A stretch of DNA of 63,834 nucleotides, the filler included. It is 6 parts of 6 records of this genome, joined end to end, with 100 filler letters (N's around TTAATTAATTAA, not from the genome) between each part and the next. Parts side by side here need not be neighbours in the genome. Positions count along the whole stretch, not along the records: positions 1 to 22,374 come from DRR378314_1586; positions 22,475 to 32,261 come from DRR378314_1597; 4 more parts are not named here. One strand, given 5' to 3'. A model generated the notes under the pieces. The model made no database searches, was not told the DNA's origin, and was given only the letters and a program-made list of their open reading frames with translations. Made by a program: the position numbers and the translations under genes. The stretch's first letter is position 1, and the number at the start of each line of letters is the position of its first letter. Positions 19,885-29,013 of the stretch are shown piece after piece.

Positions 19885-19963
19885 CTTGTCGCAGATCAAG
19901 GACGCACGCCGGACATTGCGCGACCATCGAACCTCAACAGCGGGACAGCAGGAGGCAAACACG

Positions 19964-20287
19964 ATGGTTGATATTGCAACAAATAAAGCGGAACAAGTGG
20001 CACTGATGGCGCGCGAGATCAGCCGTGCAGAGCCGGAGCTGCGCGCCTTTATTGCCGATATGAATGAGGATGAGCAGGCCAAGCTGGTGGCGATCCTCTG
20101 GGTCGGTCGCGGGGTGTTCGAGGCGGAGGAGTTCGCGCAGGCTGTGGACACGGCACGCCAGGAGAAGACCACGCCGACCGAGGATTACCTGATGGCAACG
20201 CCGAACCTGGCCTATGACATCGAGGCGGGGCTGGAGGCCTTGGGCGTTGATGTCTCGGCACTTGCCGAGGATGTCATGGGGCGCTGA
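19964..20287 (+). CDS. DUF3775 domain protein
   Basis: RBS GGAGG before ATG 19964; ELRAFIADMNEDEQAKLVAILWVGRG...YLMATPNLA...GLEALG. Confidence 0.85.
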   Translation: MVDIATNKAEQVALMAREISRAEPELRAFIADMNEDEQAKLVAILWVGRGVFEAEEFAQAVDTARQEKTTPTEDYLMATPNLAYDIEAGLEALGVDVSALAEDVMGR

Positions 20288-20340
20288 GCGGCCTTGGGGC
20301 GCGACATTGCACAGGGTCTGGCCGCCAGACTGTGAGACGG

Positions 20341-20368
20341 AAAAAAGCCCCACCAAATTGGCGGGGCT
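20341..20368 (-). terminator. Intrinsic terminator for the saccharopine dehydrogenase genes
   Basis: Minus strand reads AGCCCCGCCAA-T-TTGGTGGGGCT followed by a T run. Confidence 0.75.
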
Positions 20369-20397
20369 CGTTAGTGTCAAGTCGTGGATGGTGCGCC

Positions 20398-21540
20398 TCA
20401 GGAACGGTGTGACACCACCTGAAGGTGCTGCGCGAGCGCGCCGATACGGCCCATCCAGCTGTCGACCAGCGCGGCATCGCTGGGCGCGGCACTGACGCCC
20501 GGGGCGATCTTGCCATTCATTGCCGCCTCGATGGCGAAGGAAACCGGGTAGGACACCAAACGCGCCATGGCGCTGCCGCGATCATCGCCCCAGGCATCCA
20601 TTACATAGGTCTTGTGCCACTTGGTCTCGCCGTCTTTTTCTGCCTTGAGATCCACGCAGAGAACCACGCGGTCCGGCTCGCCCTCGTCATAGGCGTTGTC
20701 CTGCCAGAACTGGTCGGACATCTCCTTGAGACGCGCGTCGCCTGCCTCACCTTCGAGGGTTTCGACCTCCTTGAAGACATCGGCCCAGGCCTCGGACCAG
20801 CCATCCAGACGCAGGGTCCCGCGCACGAAAGTCTTCACCTTCCAGTCCGCGCCGAAATGATACTGCTCCATGAAGGGCAGCGAGTCGCGGTTGGGATAGA
20901 CCTGGAAGGTTTCCGGTGTGGCCAGCGGCGCGTCGTAGGTGGAGAGCGCGTCCCAGGGGCGGGCGACATCGTAGGTTTCGAAGTTGCGGATCGAGCGCGA
21001 CGGTGAGCGCAGTGCCTTCAGCACGCCAAGGGGCGACCAGCTGAACTTGTAGCGGAACGGGTTTGGGGTCTTGGGAATGCCACCGCAATAGGACAGGAAG
21101 CTGATCTCGTTGTCCGCGTCGAAGGACGGAGATTCGGCATATTCCGCCACCAGCGCATGAGCCATCAGGTGGTCGATGCCCGGATCAAGACCAACCTCGT
21201 TCACCAGCGCGACACCGGCATCCTTGGCCTTTTGATCCAGCGCCCGCATCTCTGGCGAGATATAGGAGGAGGACACAAAATGCGCGCCGTTGTTGATCGC
21301 CAGTTCCGCAAGCTCCACATGCCAGTCACCGGGCAGCATGGAGACCACGACGTCGGCGGGGCTCAGCAGTTCGGACAGGCGCGCGATGGAGAATTTGTGG
21401 ATATTGGTGGTCAGGTCGCCGATCGCCTCGGCGGCCTTTTCGGGCGTGCGGTTCCAGACGGCGACGTCGTGGCCCGCTTCGAGCAGGCGACGCAGGCCGG
21501 GAATGGCGGAGAGGCCGGTGCCGCACCAGTGAATTGTCAT
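20398..21540 (-). CDS. Saccharopine dehydrogenase/reductase (LYS9/SDH-like, NAD(P)-binding)
   Basis: VVSMLP, HFVSSSYISPEM, NEVGLDPGIDHLMA, SYCGGIP, YKFSWSP, YPNRDS, RGTLR and SAMARLV. Confidence 0.92.
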   Translation of the reverse strand: MTIHWCGTGLSAIPGLRRLLEAGHDVAVWNRTPEKAAEAIGDLTTNIHKFSIARLSELLSPADVVVSMLPGDWHVELAELAINNGAHFVSSSYISPEMRALDQKAKDAGVALVNEVGLDPGIDHLMAHALVAEYAESPSFDADNEISFLSYCGGIPKTPNPFRYKFSWSPLGVLKALRSPSRSIRNFETYDVARPWDALSTYDAPLATPETFQVYPNRDSLPFMEQYHFGADWKVKTFVRGTLRLDGWSEAWADVFKEVETLEGEAGDARLKEMSDQFWQDNAYDEGEPDRVVLCVDLKAEKDGETKWHKTYVMDAWGDDRGSAMARLVSYPVSFAIEAAMNGKIAPGVSAAPSDAALVDSWMGRIGALAQHLQVVSHRS

Positions 21541-21569
21541 GTCAGTTCTCCTTGGTCGGGGCGGGCCGT

Positions 21570-22374
21570 TCAGCCTGCCACATGTTCGTCAAAGACCATC
21601 CTGGCCCGGCCCCAGACGCCCGCATCCAGATCGGACAGGGTCAGGAGGCTGGCCAGAAGCTGGTCCGCATAGTCCTCGGAGCTTTCCGCGGGCAGCATCG
21701 AGGGCAGATTGTCGATCGCCATCACGTCGAGCACGGGCGCCTCTGCAACCCTCAGGGCCGGCGCGTCCCACGTGGTGGCACGATCATAGACCGGGACCGG
21801 ATTGTAGTCGCTGTCCGGGTCGCAGGCCACATCACCAATTGCGGTGAGTTTACGGACCGCGTCAAGCGCCTCCTGCGGCACGAACACCGGTGTGCCGGGG
21901 CGGGCAAAGATGCAGTTCAGGAACAGGTCATGGTCGAGGATTTGCGGGAAGGGGCCGCCGCTTGCGGTCTCGGCCATGTCCCATTTGGTGACATTGATCC
22001 CCATCGCTTCGCACAGGTCGGCAGCGCCGGTGCCGACACGGCCAAGCGCGCCGATGACGATGGCAGTGGGGCGGTCCGTGCTGATCGCGTCCAACTCGCC
22101 ACCCAGATCGGCCAGCAGGGCATGTTTGTCTTTGTAGACACCTACTGAGCCACAGATCTCGTCGCGTTGCTGCGCGGCCCAGGCTTTGAGCGTGACGGCA
22201 GCGCCAGCATAGCCCGCCCAATATCCAAAGGCGGCAACCCGGCGGCCGGTCTCGTCCACCAGATACTCCAGATCATAGAGCGTGCCACCGCCTTCGCGGA
22301 ACCGGCGCAGCAGTTCCTTGCCGGAATGCTGCCCCTTGAACGCATGGCCGAACATGATGTGGCGATGGGGCAGG
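21570..22374 (-). CDS. Saccharopine dehydrogenase, lysine-forming (LYS1/LKR-like), 5'-truncated by contig end
   Basis: HIMFGHAFKGQ, LYDLEYL, RRVAAFGYWAGYAGAA, IGALGRVGTGA, DVACD and IDNLPSMLPAESS. Confidence 0.9.
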
Positions 22375-22474
22375 NNNNNNNNNNNNNNNNNNNNNNNNNN
22401 NNNNNNNNNNNNNNNNNNTTAATTAATTAANNNNNNNNNNNNNNNNNNNNNNNNNNNNNNNNNNNNNNNNNNNN
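22375..22474. other. Artificial contig linker
   Basis: 44 N + TTAATTAATTAA (stops in all six frames) + 44 N. Confidence 0.99.
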
Positions 22475-22868
22475 ACCGTAAGCTGCTGCAGCATTCTCGT
22501 GCGCTTCATAGCGGCTCTTGCAGTGAGCCGGGATTGCGTTGGTCCGTTGTGCTCCGTTGCTCTCTTGCCTGGCGTCCCGTGGAGTGGAATTGATGCAGCC
22601 CGTGGCCGTGTCGTATACAGGGCAACACCAGCACCACGAGAGGTGCTCTTGCCAGGCGCCGATCCACCCATACTCCTGAGAGGGCTTGCAATTTGAGATC
22701 GAGCGGTTGACTGCGCAAGGAGATTATTTGATCCGGAACCGCTGTACTGCTCTTGCGCAATAGTGCGAATAAGTTGCTCTCTTTCCCAGCCTTGCCGAGT
22801 GAATCATTGGAGCTGCCCTGTATTTCTACGGCTAACGGGTGCATTGTCGTGGACACCGGCTTATGCAG

Positions 22869-23042
22869 CGCGGTAGCGTACCTCGCGAGGCGGATGCATC
22901 GGCCAAGGTTGTCAATTTAATTGACCGGCAGCTGGCTGACGACTGCATCACGCTTCTGTATTCGAATCGCCGTCTCGCAAATGCGGCCTGCCGCCACGGG
23001 GCTCTTGCGCTCGAAACTCTTTGCGAAGCCGGAGCGGTCGAG
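22869..23042 (+). CDS. DCAF1: Internal exon of eukaryotic DCAF1/VprBP homolog
   Basis: Acceptor TGCAG ends at 22868, with branch-like GCTAAC at 22831. Donor GAG|GTGCGT at 23043. A phase-0 join gives ...LETLCEAGAVE|LVCTLL..., which resembles the DCAF1 armadillo-like region. Confidence 0.6.
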
Positions 23043-23341
23043 GTGCGTATCGTGTCTGTGGCTCTTATCTGGAAATGTATGTGTTGTAAAGCCACGTTTG
23101 GAGCTTGTTCTGTGCTAGTGCTCATTTCTTGTGTAGTACTTCAGGTGCATAGAGGAAGCGTTTCCCCGCGGGTGTGGAATTCTCCTTTGTGCGTGTTGAG
23201 CGATGTGCTTCAAGTCCCACCTGTCCCTTTGCATGTCCGATTCGCTGCGTGTACAGCTCCATGCGACGCCTGCGTTTATCCGCAGCCCTAACATCTATGA
23301 TTCCACGTTGGTATGGTGTCATTCGTTCGCGGTTGGTGCAG

Positions 23342-26146
23342 CTTGTGTGCACGCTGCTGTATTCGCGGACTCCTCGGCGCCCTGCCGCGGTAGACGAGAT
23401 GGCGTTTGAAATTCTGGCGGTGCTCTCGATGCACGCTGTGGCGATTCCTACGCTCCGCACACCAACGACAGCCACGGGCATGTCTCCGCTATCGCACCTT
23501 CTTGAAGTGTTGGATGGCGTGTTTGGAAGTGACGATCCTGTGATTTTAGTGTGGTGTTTGGAGATTTTTTATCACGTGCTTGACCCTGTACTGCTGTTGG
23601 CCGACGCGCGCGGGGCAGCGCACCGCGCTGGGATTGCGCGCCGTGCGACCGATGACGAGTGGCTGAGCGGGGCGCTAGATGCACATCCAGGGTCGCGCCG
23701 CGACCGCCAGGAAACGTTTGCGCTTGTGAGGTCAGAAAATGCGATTCGCGCCCTGCTTCGCCGACTGCGGTTTACCGATGTTCCGATGATGGCAGACGAG
23801 GTTCGCGCGCTTGCGTGCCGGAGCCTTGCTCGCCTCGTCGAGGACGACACGATTCGACAGCTCCTGCAAGAGCTTCAGGTTGCCAACGACTTGGATGAGT
23901 TGATCCGTGAGCCAGTTGCGGATGAGAATGTAGAATTTCACAAACAATTTCAAAAGTATGCGATGCAAGTGATCATGCGGGTCGCGGGGCGGGAGGCTGT
24001 GGCCCACACGCAAGATGCGACGGAAACCGCGCGGCGGCGGATCGAGAAGACTGCGATTGTGAACGCGACCAAGATCCAGTATAGCCAGCGCGAGCTGCTG
24101 TTGCTCATCCACGACCATCTGCTCGAGCAGGGGCTGGCGACCACGGCTGCTGAACTCGATCGTGAGGCGCACCTTGATATTGGATCACGGCAGGCGGCAG
24201 CGCCGGCGTGCAGTTCTCCCGCGCCTGGCGGTATGCCTCCCCTTCCGCGCCGCACGGAGGCGTTTTCGTCGTATACCTCGCGGAAGGACAAGGCTGACGT
24301 TGGCGAGCAGCGAGTAGCCCGACGACCGGCAAGTACCGGCACTGTCACGCCACCTGCTGCGCGGCCGGCGAAACGCATCCGTGTGGAGCGCAGCGTTTCC
24401 CTGGATGCAGCTGCGGGCCTCGAGAGTCCTTGGGCTTCGCCCCAAGTCCGCCGAGTACGCGAGGCTTTTGGGCCTGTCGAGGAGAGGACGTTGGCGGGCG
24501 CGACGCCGGACGGAACTGCGGCGGGTCGCGCCACCAGCTCGACGCGTTCCACGAGCGGCGCCGATGTTGCTCGCGCAAGCGGCAGTACACCTGCGCGCGC
24601 ACCCCCGGCCCAGCATGCAACGAGTTCGACCTCTGCGTCACGTGGCAACACGCTGGATAATATTGTGTCGCAGTACCTGCGCCAGCAGCACCTACAGTGC
24701 TACGATCCGATTGCCGTGTTGCCGACCATGTCGCTGCTGCAGCCTCACGTGTGCCCGACGCCGCGCTGGGCCCGATCGCGGCCTCCTGGGCTACACGAGT
24801 GCCTGGCCGAATTCGAAGTGCGCGGCGCACGCGCGAGTCGTTGGGCGCAACAGCTGCGTGGGTCGTACTGTTTTTCGCGGATGGCCGAGGTGTACCATGT
24901 GGTCGACGAGGAGCACTCGTTGTTGTGCGCAGCGCTTCCTTCGCAGTGGCCTGGGATTCTCTTGACCGGCGCCAGCGGCGGCGGTGGCGTGAGTGCGTTC
25001 AACTATCTACTGCAGCAGGACCTTGGCATAATTGTATCATGTGACGAGGATATCATGGATATCATACCTGCATACCGCAGCGCCATGATTGCGATTGTGG
25101 ACGACGAGGCGCTCACGATCCGTCGTCTCCGCGCGATGCCCCCGTCTGCCGGCGAGGCGTCGATGGAGAGCGTCGACGGGCCAATCTCAAGCAGCGCGCT
25201 TCTTCGTGTCCCTGAGGCGTACGGATGCTCGTTTAGCCAGGACGAAGAACGATGTGTTATTGGCCGTCGAAGTAACTGCGCCGAGGTGTTTGATATAGTG
25301 ACGGGAGCGAGTGTGCGCTCGTTTGCGTCTCGGCACCGCAACCCACTTGGCGCAGCATTGGATCATCCGCCATCGTTTTCGCCGGACGGAAATCTTGTGG
25401 TGTACGACGCTGCCCTTTACGACACTCGCATTCGGGGTAGCGCACCGATTCATGCGTTTGAGATGCTTTCCGGTGTGCATGTCAATGGATTGTTCCATCC
25501 TTCGGGGTTGGCGGTGCTCCTCGGCTCAATGGTGTGGGATTTGCGGCGGTTCCGCCTGCAGCGGCGGTGCGAGGCGCTGGACGGGTGTGCGCTGCGCATT
25601 TCGGCGACGGGCACTGCCGTGTTTGGGGTGCATCTTGCTAATGATGCCACTCGGGCACCCGAGGCTGGCCAGCAGATCCGGACGGTAGACTTGAGTACAT
25701 ACGACATGATTGCCACGGTGGAAACGCATCCACGGCGACTGGTCGAGCGTCTGGCACTCGACGGTCGCGACGACGTGGTGTGCACGATTGAGACGCCGGT
25801 TCCCGCGCAGGATCGCGAGCTGTTCGAAGACGATCCGCGTTGCTATGTGTACGAGCTTGGCAAGGGCGACGCCGAGCATGGGGACAATGGTGCCGACGAT
25901 GACGACGCGGGAGGCGGCGATGGTGATGAAGACGGCGGAGATGGTGGAAGCGGGCTGCGGACGGGAAGTGACTCGGATGCAAGCTCGTCCGGCTTTGGCT
26001 ACGAACTCGACGATAGCGACGACGACGCGCTTGCGCAGCAGCTGCTGGATGGCGAATTTGAGCTTGCCGATCCTGACGACAGTTTTGACGAGTACGCGAG
26101 CGGGGATGAAGACGGATTATCGGATTGGGGCGATGGTGATGATTAG
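23342..26146 (+). CDS. DCAF1: DDB1- and CUL4-associated factor 1 (DCAF1/VprBP) homolog, long terminal exon; gene 5'-incomplete
   Basis: ADEVRALACRSLARL; RRIEKTAIVNATKIQY; LisH motif ELLLLIHDHLLEQGLATTAAELDREA; H-box TLDNIVSQYLRQQHLQC..P....P..SLL.PH.CP; WD40 segment FHPSG...WDLRRF; acidic tail. Confidence 0.88.
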   Translation, partial: LVCTLLYSRTPRRPAAVDEMAFEILAVLSMHAVAIPTLRTPTTATGMSPLSHLLEVLDGVFGSDDPVILVWCLEIFYHVLDPVLLLADARGAAHRAGIARRATDDEWLSGALDAHPGSRRDRQETFALVRSENAIRALLRRLRFTDVPMMADEVRALACRSLARLVEDDTIRQLLQELQVANDLDELIREPVADENVEFHKQFQKYAMQVIMRVAGREAVAHTQDATETARRRIEKTAIVNATKIQYSQRELLLLIHDHLLEQGLATTAAELDREAHLDIGSRQAAAPACSSPAPGGMPPLPRRTEAFSSYTSRKDKADVGEQRVARRPASTGTVTPPAARPAKRIRVERSVSLDAAAGLESPWASPQVRRVREAFGPVEERTLAGATPDGTAAGRATSSTRSTSGADVARASGSTPARAPPAQHATSSTSASRGNTLDNIVSQYLRQQHLQCYDPIAVLPTMSLLQPHVCPTPRWARSRPPGLHECLAEFEVRGARASRWAQQLRGSYCFSRMAEVYHVVDEEHSLLCAALPSQWPGILLTGASGGGGVSAFNYLLQQDLGIIVSCDEDIMDIIPAYRSAMIAIVDDEALTIRRLRAMPPSAGEASMESVDGPISSSALLRVPEAYGCSFSQDEERCVIGRRSNCAEVFDIVTGASVRSFASRHRNPLGAALDHPPSFSPDGNLVVYDAALYDTRIRGSAPIHAFEMLSGVHVNGLFHPSGLAVLLGSMVWDLRRFRLQRRCEALDGCALRISATGTAVFGVHLANDATRAPEAGQQIRTVDLSTYDMIATVETHPRRLVERLALDGRDDVVCTIETPVPAQDRELFEDDPRCYVYELGKGDAEHGDNGADDDDAGGGDGDEDGGDGGSGLRTGSDSDASSSGFGYELDDSDDDALAQQLLDGEFELADPDDSFDEYASGDEDGLSDWGDGDD

Positions 26147-26345
26147 GGTTAGACTTTTCTGTAGCGTGCCTGCTTTGCGCCATCGCAGTGGTGCTCTTGC
26201 GTTTGCACGCTCGTCGGGCAACGCGCAGCTCGGACCTCGAGGGTACTGCGCGAGCACCCAAATACATGCATAGCTTATATTTCTTTCCCAGCACCGCGCG
26301 GATGCTTCGGTTTAGTAGCCCGCGAATTAACGCCCCGTTGCGTCT

Positions 26346-27637
26346 TTACGAAGAGGCTTGAGCGGCATTCTTCGGCTGTCGGAGCTGCTCCATGTGCTCG
26401 ATATCCTTTCGCATGCTGTCCTCCCAAGCGACTATGGCAGGGCCGACAGCCGCGCCCACGACCGCAGCAACCGCGTGCTGGTACGGGCCTGGACAGTTAG
26501 AAGCGGCAGAAGCACGTGCGCGTGCGCAGAGTAAGGCACCATCGAGAAAAGGACGACAGAGAGAAGATGATGAAATCAAAGAGTGGAACGGTAGCGTTGC
26601 ATGTGCGCTGTCCGCAGGAGCACGGTTGGAAGCGCAGCAGCAAGTGGCAGGAGACGCGCACGGGCGTTTGGCAGGAGGAAGCGCTACGCCGCGCAGTGGA
26701 ATGCGCCGGCTGGACAGGGTGCGCGGCTCTTGGAACAGCTTCGCGTTGCCAGGAAACGTTCCCACAAGCAAGGCCACCGCGGGCTCGTTACGGTGAGGAA
26801 AGGACAAGGTGAACAAGGATTCGCGTAAAGAATTGACGAGTAGCATTTCAGGCTGGCAAAGCGAAGATGGCCGCCGAACGGTAAAGCTATCCGTGGCGCG
26901 CTCAGAAGAAGGCTCGCTCGCGAGCCAACGCAGTGCTCACCACCAGGCTACAGCACGCTGCCAAGGACGGAACCACGGCGAGCAACGAGGACAAGGCTAT
27001 GAGCAGGCAGACCAGCCGCGTTACGAAAAATGCAAAAGAAAGAAATGTACAACGCTTGGAGCGCGAGGTCAAGAATCTATGGCGCGTCAACTCCTCGTGC
27101 ACGCCAAAGGTTTCCTTTCATTGTCGGGCGACGCAAGCAGAAGTTCTGCAGTATAGCTGGCAACGCTGTCGTGTTGGGGAGCAGGGGCACAGGCGAGCCC
27201 GCGTCCGCAGCAAGCCTGCTGCGAGACGCTGCAGAAAGGTATTGCGCACGCTAGCACAGGGCACGTCGATGCGAGCAGAGGAAAGCACAGCAAATACTAG
27301 TAGAGCCGCTTAGTGTTCCTTGCGAGAATAGCGGCTGCTTGCTGGCTCACGGGCAAGTTTCTTTGTAGACGGGTGCTGCGGGTGCTTCAAAGCTCGCACG
27401 GTTCGCAAATCCGCCAGCGCAGCTACTGGACAACGCGACGCGGTTAGGCTAGCGCCTGCTCGTGGGGCGCGTCTCTCTCCCCGGCCCGTGTACGATAGTA
27501 GAAAAAAGAGGGTTTCTCTTGCGGCGTTGTGGTAACGTACGGGCTAGAAGGGGGATACGGCGGAGTGCATTTGAGTACGCGTGGATGCCGGCTCCTGCGA
27601 CGGCGCCGACCACAGCGGCAAGCAAGGTCGAGGGCAT
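26346..27637 (-). CDS. NDUFC2: Mitochondrial complex I accessory subunit NDUFC2/B14.5b-like, two exons (27637-27541 and 26488-26346), 79 aa
   Basis: Phase-1 intron 27540-26489 (GTACGT...TCTAACTGTCCAG). The spliced product MPSTLLAAVVGAVAGAGIHAYSNALRRIPLLARPYQHAVAAVVGAAVGPAIVAWEDSMRKDIEHMEQLRQPKNAAQASS matches the plant-type B14.5b pattern YSNALRKLP..RHPWEH...W. Confidence 0.8.
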
Positions 27638-28299
27638 GCTGTTCAGGCTCGCACAGGGCTCCGGCGTGCCGAGCGGTGCGGAGCAGCGTGGAGAATGCCT
27701 TGGCGCAGAGCGCACATGCGGGCGCGCAGGAAACAGAAAGCACAGTGGACAAATTGGACGTGGGCAGAGTGGGATTGGAAAGCGATTGTATGTCTGATCA
27801 AAATAACAATCCAATTTGGCTTGGCAAGTTTGGACAGAAGCGCCCTGTGCGTGGCTGGCTGGCTTGCCGTCGAAACGAATCTCGCGTTTGGAGCTGGGGG
27901 TGGTCACCTCACATCCGGAGTATCTCCAGTTTTTGCCTCGACGCAAGTAGATGCGAATTGCAATATCTATCAATGAGCGGAAATGGAAGGAAAACTTGGG
28001 CTGCGTTGGATGCGGGGCACGAAGGCGCAAAATCGCCAGCGTGCGCGTGCAGAAGTCAGAGTTGCCGCTGCTGGATTTGTGCAGAAAGCGAACTCTATCC
28101 TATATAATCAGATTGTATGGCCATTCAATTTATACGAGGAGGCCATTGCAAACGAAAGAGAGGAAGAGTAATCCGATATCGTTGACGCAAGCTCGATTTT
28201 GCACCCACCGCGCAACGAGGGTAAATGTGTGGCCTCGGCCATGTCGCTGCCTGGAGAGGTTTTCCTCGCAGCAAGCCCACGAAGCGTGCAGCGCCTACG

Positions 28300-29013
28300 A
28301 TGGCTCGCGCCCCTTTGCTTGCCGTCACCCTTGCGACCCTCATCTGTGTAGTTAGCTTTGTATCCGTGCACGCAGTCGGACAGAATGAGCATTTTGCCTG
28401 GGACTTCGACCTATCCTTGGCAGATGGCCCGCCCGTCTGGGGCGGGACGGCAAAGTGGGCTGTGCACGTCAACATGACCGACTACGCGGACAAGTCGCTG
28501 CCGCTTTGGCAATTTGCGTACTGGTACGACGCGTCGGACCCGAGCGCACCTCAGGATCGCTACGACCACGGCCCGGGAAATGGCGATGAAGTTTGCAAAC
28601 TGGCTGCCATCAAGGTAGGCGATCCGTGTACTGTGCTGAACACCAAGGACGGGACTACGTATGTCCTCCCGAATCCGTCTACAAGCACGTGCTGTCGCGT
28701 TGTTCTTCCGGGCAAGGCGCTCGCAGCGATTCTGCCGCGCTGGCTCGCCAACGTTGGCGCGACCGACGTCGGAAAAGACACGATCAACGGCGTCGCCGTA
28801 GACGTATGGCAAGCGCAGGGAAACTACGTTAACTACTATGCGGCTACTGCGGACGGCGAGAACCGCCCCGTTCGCTACTGGGAAAAGAAGGCGGGCTTGC
28901 TGAAGCAGTGGGACTTTCTGCTCGACACGTTTGTGTCCGGAGACGCTGCCGTTCCGGCGTCGACTTTTGCTGTCCCGCACGCCTGCGTGAACGCTCCGGT
29001 TTGCGGAAAGTAG
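28300..29013 (+). CDS. Secreted ependymin-related (EPDR-like) protein
   Basis: Signal peptide; WYD...RYD; Cys pattern C..C..CC; C-terminal F.VP..C motif; intronless, 237 aa. Confidence 0.6.
   Translation: MARAPLLAVTLATLICVVSFVSVHAVGQNEHFAWDFDLSLADGPPVWGGTAKWAVHVNMTDYADKSLPLWQFAYWYDASDPSAPQDRYDHGPGNGDEVCKLAAIKVGDPCTVLNTKDGTTYVLPNPSTSTCCRVVLPGKALAAILPRWLANVGATDVGKDTINGVAVDVWQAQGNYVNYYAATADGENRPVRYWEKKAGLLKQWDFLLDTFVSGDAAVPASTFAVPHACVNAPVCGK

Noticed and set aside
22419-22430. TTAATTAATTAA palindrome, repeated five times in the window
   Set aside because: It is always centred in N-runs of identical length, so it is a synthetic six-frame-stop spacer and not a biological repeat or att site.
23174-26146. 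Eukaryotic DCAF1 horizontally transferred into a bacterium
   Set aside because: It lies on its own linker-bounded contig with spliceosomal introns and other nuclear genes, with no physical link to bacterial DNA.
26489-27540. Several 60-170-aa ORFs between DCAF1 and the EPDR-like gene
   Set aside because: They fall within or overlap the NDUFC2 intron and have no recognisable motifs. I could not identify a nested snoRNA by eye.
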